DNA from: Blastocystis sp. Blastoise
Taxonomy: Eukaryota; Protista; Bigyra: Opalinata
Direction of reading: 5' to 3'
Length of the DNA: 64,000 nt
NCBI GenBank assembly: GCA_039096225.1
Contig: JBBPEB010000002.1
Coordinates: 620,001-684,000, forward strand
In this document: piece by piece, positions 61,252 through 64,000 of the stretch
Position numbering within the stretch: the first letter of the stretch is position 1
Layout of the letters: every line of letters starts with the position of its first letter
Notes under the pieces: model-generated
Told to the model about the DNA's origin: nothing
Seen by the model: only the letters and a program-made list of their open reading frames with translations
The model's database searches: none
Made by a program: the position numbers and the translations under genes

Positions 61252-61348
61252 CACTATTAGGCATTTTGACATTTTAAGAAAAATGATTGGATAAAAATGT
61301 GAATTCTGCCAATCATTTATTCTAAAAGGTCAAAAGTGCCTAATAGTG
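61252..61348. mobile_element. 97-bp palindromic CACTA-ended MITE with 3-bp TSD
   Basis: CAC|CACTATTAGGCA...TGCCTAATAGTG|CAC, inserted in the minisatellite. Confidence 0.75.
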
Positions 61349-62048
61349 CACTTTTAAAAATACAAATATAAACTTGTAGACTGACTACATAAATTCTTAA
61401 CTATTGGGAAATTACCCATATTCTTGATTTCTTTTTTCTAATATTGACAAAAGAAATAAAAAATATTTTATTGGTTATTAAGAAATTTGTGTTTTCAAAA
61501 TAACAATCGTTTGAGTCTTGAGAAAAATGTGGATATTTCTAACAATTTTGTTTAAAGTCTTGGATATTTTGGAAAAATTTCTAGTATTTTTTTGTATTTC
61601 TAACAATTCGATTTTTTGGGTAAGTTAAAATAATTATGTTTTTTGGGGTATTTCTAGCAATGACTCTAATAATATATATAAAAAAAGGTATTAAATATAC
61701 TGAAAGTCTTTATCAATTTTGTAATTTTATTTAACTGGACTGTGAATAGAATCCAATGGCTGTGTTTAAATATGAGATTATTTATATATATATATATATA
61801 CATTAAGTATGGAATAATTACTATAGATGGATTACATTTTATAATTCTCTCAATAATAGGTTCATTCAAATAAAAGATGATAATAATAATAATATATATT
61901 AACATATATAATACAGCTATTTTATAAATTTTAAGAGGTTTGAGATTTTTTTTAAACTTTTGAGGAAACTCCAGAGCTTTTCAAGAAAAATACTGTGTCT
62001 TTGTCGTAAAAATCCTGAGTATTTTGAGTAAAAATATAAAAACATTTA

Positions 62049-63544
62049 CAGTCTTTTCAAAAACCTGTTTTTTTATAAAAACTCATCAATTTTTGAAAAA
62101 ACCACGTTTTTTTGGTGTTATTTTTGTTTTGTTTTTAAAGAATTCAATTGATTTAACCTCTTGCGGATAAAGATATTCACATCTTACGAACAAGACAGAT
62201 ATTGCCGTTCATGTTTGGCTTGGCATACAACGACTTAAAGTCCCATTCAGAATGACAAAAAAGTAGTATATGCACATTTTGGTATCTTCTGCTAGATTGA
62301 ATAGGGTAGTTAAAGCTATTAATGAATCAAATGAAGTAGGAGTGAATGGTTGTCCAAAACTACTAAATAAAAAACAAATTGATCAATTTGTGTTAGTTAA
62401 AAACAAAGATCTTGAAAATGAGCCACTAACAATACTTCAAGAGATCTCTGCAATGGTCAATATCATTAACAGTCATCAGCTCCCATTGGCCAAAAAAAGA
62501 AGACAGTTTCGCGAGCTAGTTTTAGCAATTATATCTATAGAAACGATCTTCGATTGAAATACGCTAATATTGTCAAGAAGGTTGATCCTGAACCTACTTA
62601 AAAAGAGATTCAGATGTTTTATGATAACCTAGAAAAGCTTTGAAAAATGAATTCCTACCCTCCTGAATTAATTTTTAACATGGATGAGTCGTGGTGTACA
62701 TATAATGTTAAGAATAGAAAATACAAAGTAATTGTCGAAAAAGAATCATATAGATATAAAAAAAAAGAGTGAAATTGAAGATCATGTTACTGTTGTTTGC
62801 TGTGTGTCAAATGCTGATGATTTTTCGATTCCCATGTTTATTGTACCTTTCAAAACATTGGATATCAAAAGTACGAAAGAATACAATTTATCAAGAATAA
62901 CTATAGCAAATTCAGAATCTTGTTGGATGACAAAAAGTACATTTCTTCAATGGATTGAGAGTATTTTTATAAAATTTGTCGATGAAAACCGAAATAATGA
63001 TCACTCAAGAAGAGCTCTTCTATTACTAGATGGTCATGAAAGTCTAAATATTGTTGAAGTTTGGAAGTTATTGAAAAAGAATAATATAGATTGTATTACA
63101 TTTCTTGCATATTCAATTCAGTTTTTACAACCACTTGACCATATTATATATTCTGATTTTAAATCGAATCTACATAAGGAATTCGCCTCTGGTAGCAAAT
63201 ATGTTTTTCTTCAAAGTTGTAGAAATTCAATTATAAAATCTATGAATGTATTTTATATTGAAAAAGCCTGGGAATAGTGTGAATTTTTTGGAAAACCGTT
63301 AAATGATATCTTGAATAAGTTTCCTGTTGATAGTCCAAAAAATAAAAATGTCAAAAGATTCTCAATCTCAAACAAAATTTGTAACTAGTGACGATGGTAT
63401 AACTCAATTAGAAGATGAACAACGAAAAATAACTAAACAATAATTTATTTTTTATTTTATTTGTTCCTATTCACTTTGTTTGTTATAAAATAATATTTGA
63501 AAAATTGAAAAAACACAAGAATTGATGGGTTTTTGAAAAGACTG
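62049..63544 (+). mobile_element. pogo/Tigger-like element with DDE_1 transposase pseudogene
   Basis: TIR CAGTCTTTTCAAAAACC at both ends (TA left, TG right); motifs IFNMDES, VTVVCCVS, WMT, LLLLDGH, LQPLD; stops and frameshifts. Confidence 0.88.
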
Positions 63545-63548
63545 TGGC

Positions 63549-63693
63549 CTGTATTTCATCCAAAAGTTAATTCTCTATAAGTTTAGAGGAATTGTGTCCA
63601 CAAAAGTATAGTATATAGTAGTCAATCAAATGGTTTTCCAAAAAACTGATCAATGCGAATTTTTGTTGCCTATTTGCTTTATAATAGTAATTA
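63549..63693 (-). repeat. Diverged 5'-end fragment of the non-autonomous Helitron family
   Basis: Reverse complement aligns by eye with 22111-22255. Confidence 0.8.
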
Positions 63694-63754
63694 TTTCAAC
63701 TATTTTATATATTAAAAAGCTAAAAAAATATTTATTGATTTTAATTTTAAAAAA

Positions 63755-63828
63755 CTCTCCCAGACGGGATTGAACCGTCGACCTCCCGGTTAACAGCCGG
63801 ATGCTCTAACCAGCTGAGCTATGGAAGA
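63755..63828 (-). tRNA. tRNA-Asn (GTT)
   Basis: TCTTCCA-TA-GCTCAGCTGGTTAGAGC-A-TCCGG-CTGTTAA-CCGGG-AGGTC-GACGG-TTCAATC-CCGTC-TGGGAGA-G, followed by a T6 terminator. Confidence 0.97.
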
Positions 63829-64000
63829 TTATATCCTTTGGTTAATATCATCTATACTAAACATATCTTTATATACTTCTATTCTATTTTCTTATTGATT
63901 TGTGTTTATGATAATTATATTTTCTTTTTTTATAATAATAATTATTATTATTAGTCAAATTTACAAATTATATTTCTTAAAACATTTTAAACCATGCCTT

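Overview
Very AT-rich DNA from an intron-containing eukaryote (40-90 nt GT-AG introns, (AAT)n and (TA)n tracts, one tRNA-Asn), made almost entirely of mobile DNA. Bases 1 to ~19.7 kb are the right-hand part of an intron-less, apparently intact endogenous Polinton-like virus (PLV). It encodes an A32-type packaging ATPase (missing from the ORF track, runs off the window), a penton, two paralogous major capsid proteins, a giant penton-like protein, two tyrosine recombinases, an AEP primase-SF3 helicase, a probable SSB, a basic core precursor and an adenain-like protease. Three signals in this virus are not explained by its gene list. (1) A candidate -1 ribosomal frameshift (A_AAA_AAC, 7-nt spacer, 11-bp stem) would fuse the core precursor to the protease, Gag-Pro style, with an LRGG cleavage site in the transframe peptide. 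(2) Arrays of perfect heat-shock elements (nGAAn) lie upstream of replication/recombination genes but not structural genes. (3) A ~105-nt Pol III-type unit (A-box, B-box, 18-bp terminal stem, T7) resembles adenovirus VA RNA. The remaining ~44 kb is nested transposons: three non-autonomous Helitrons carrying a covarying tRNA-like cloverleaf, an intact Crypton inside a Helitron, a CACTA-ended element inside a Tc1/IS630 element, a decayed autonomous Helitron with a 30-nt micro-exon gene, and MULE and pogo relics. All family calls come from motif recognition by eye; no database search or folding program was run.
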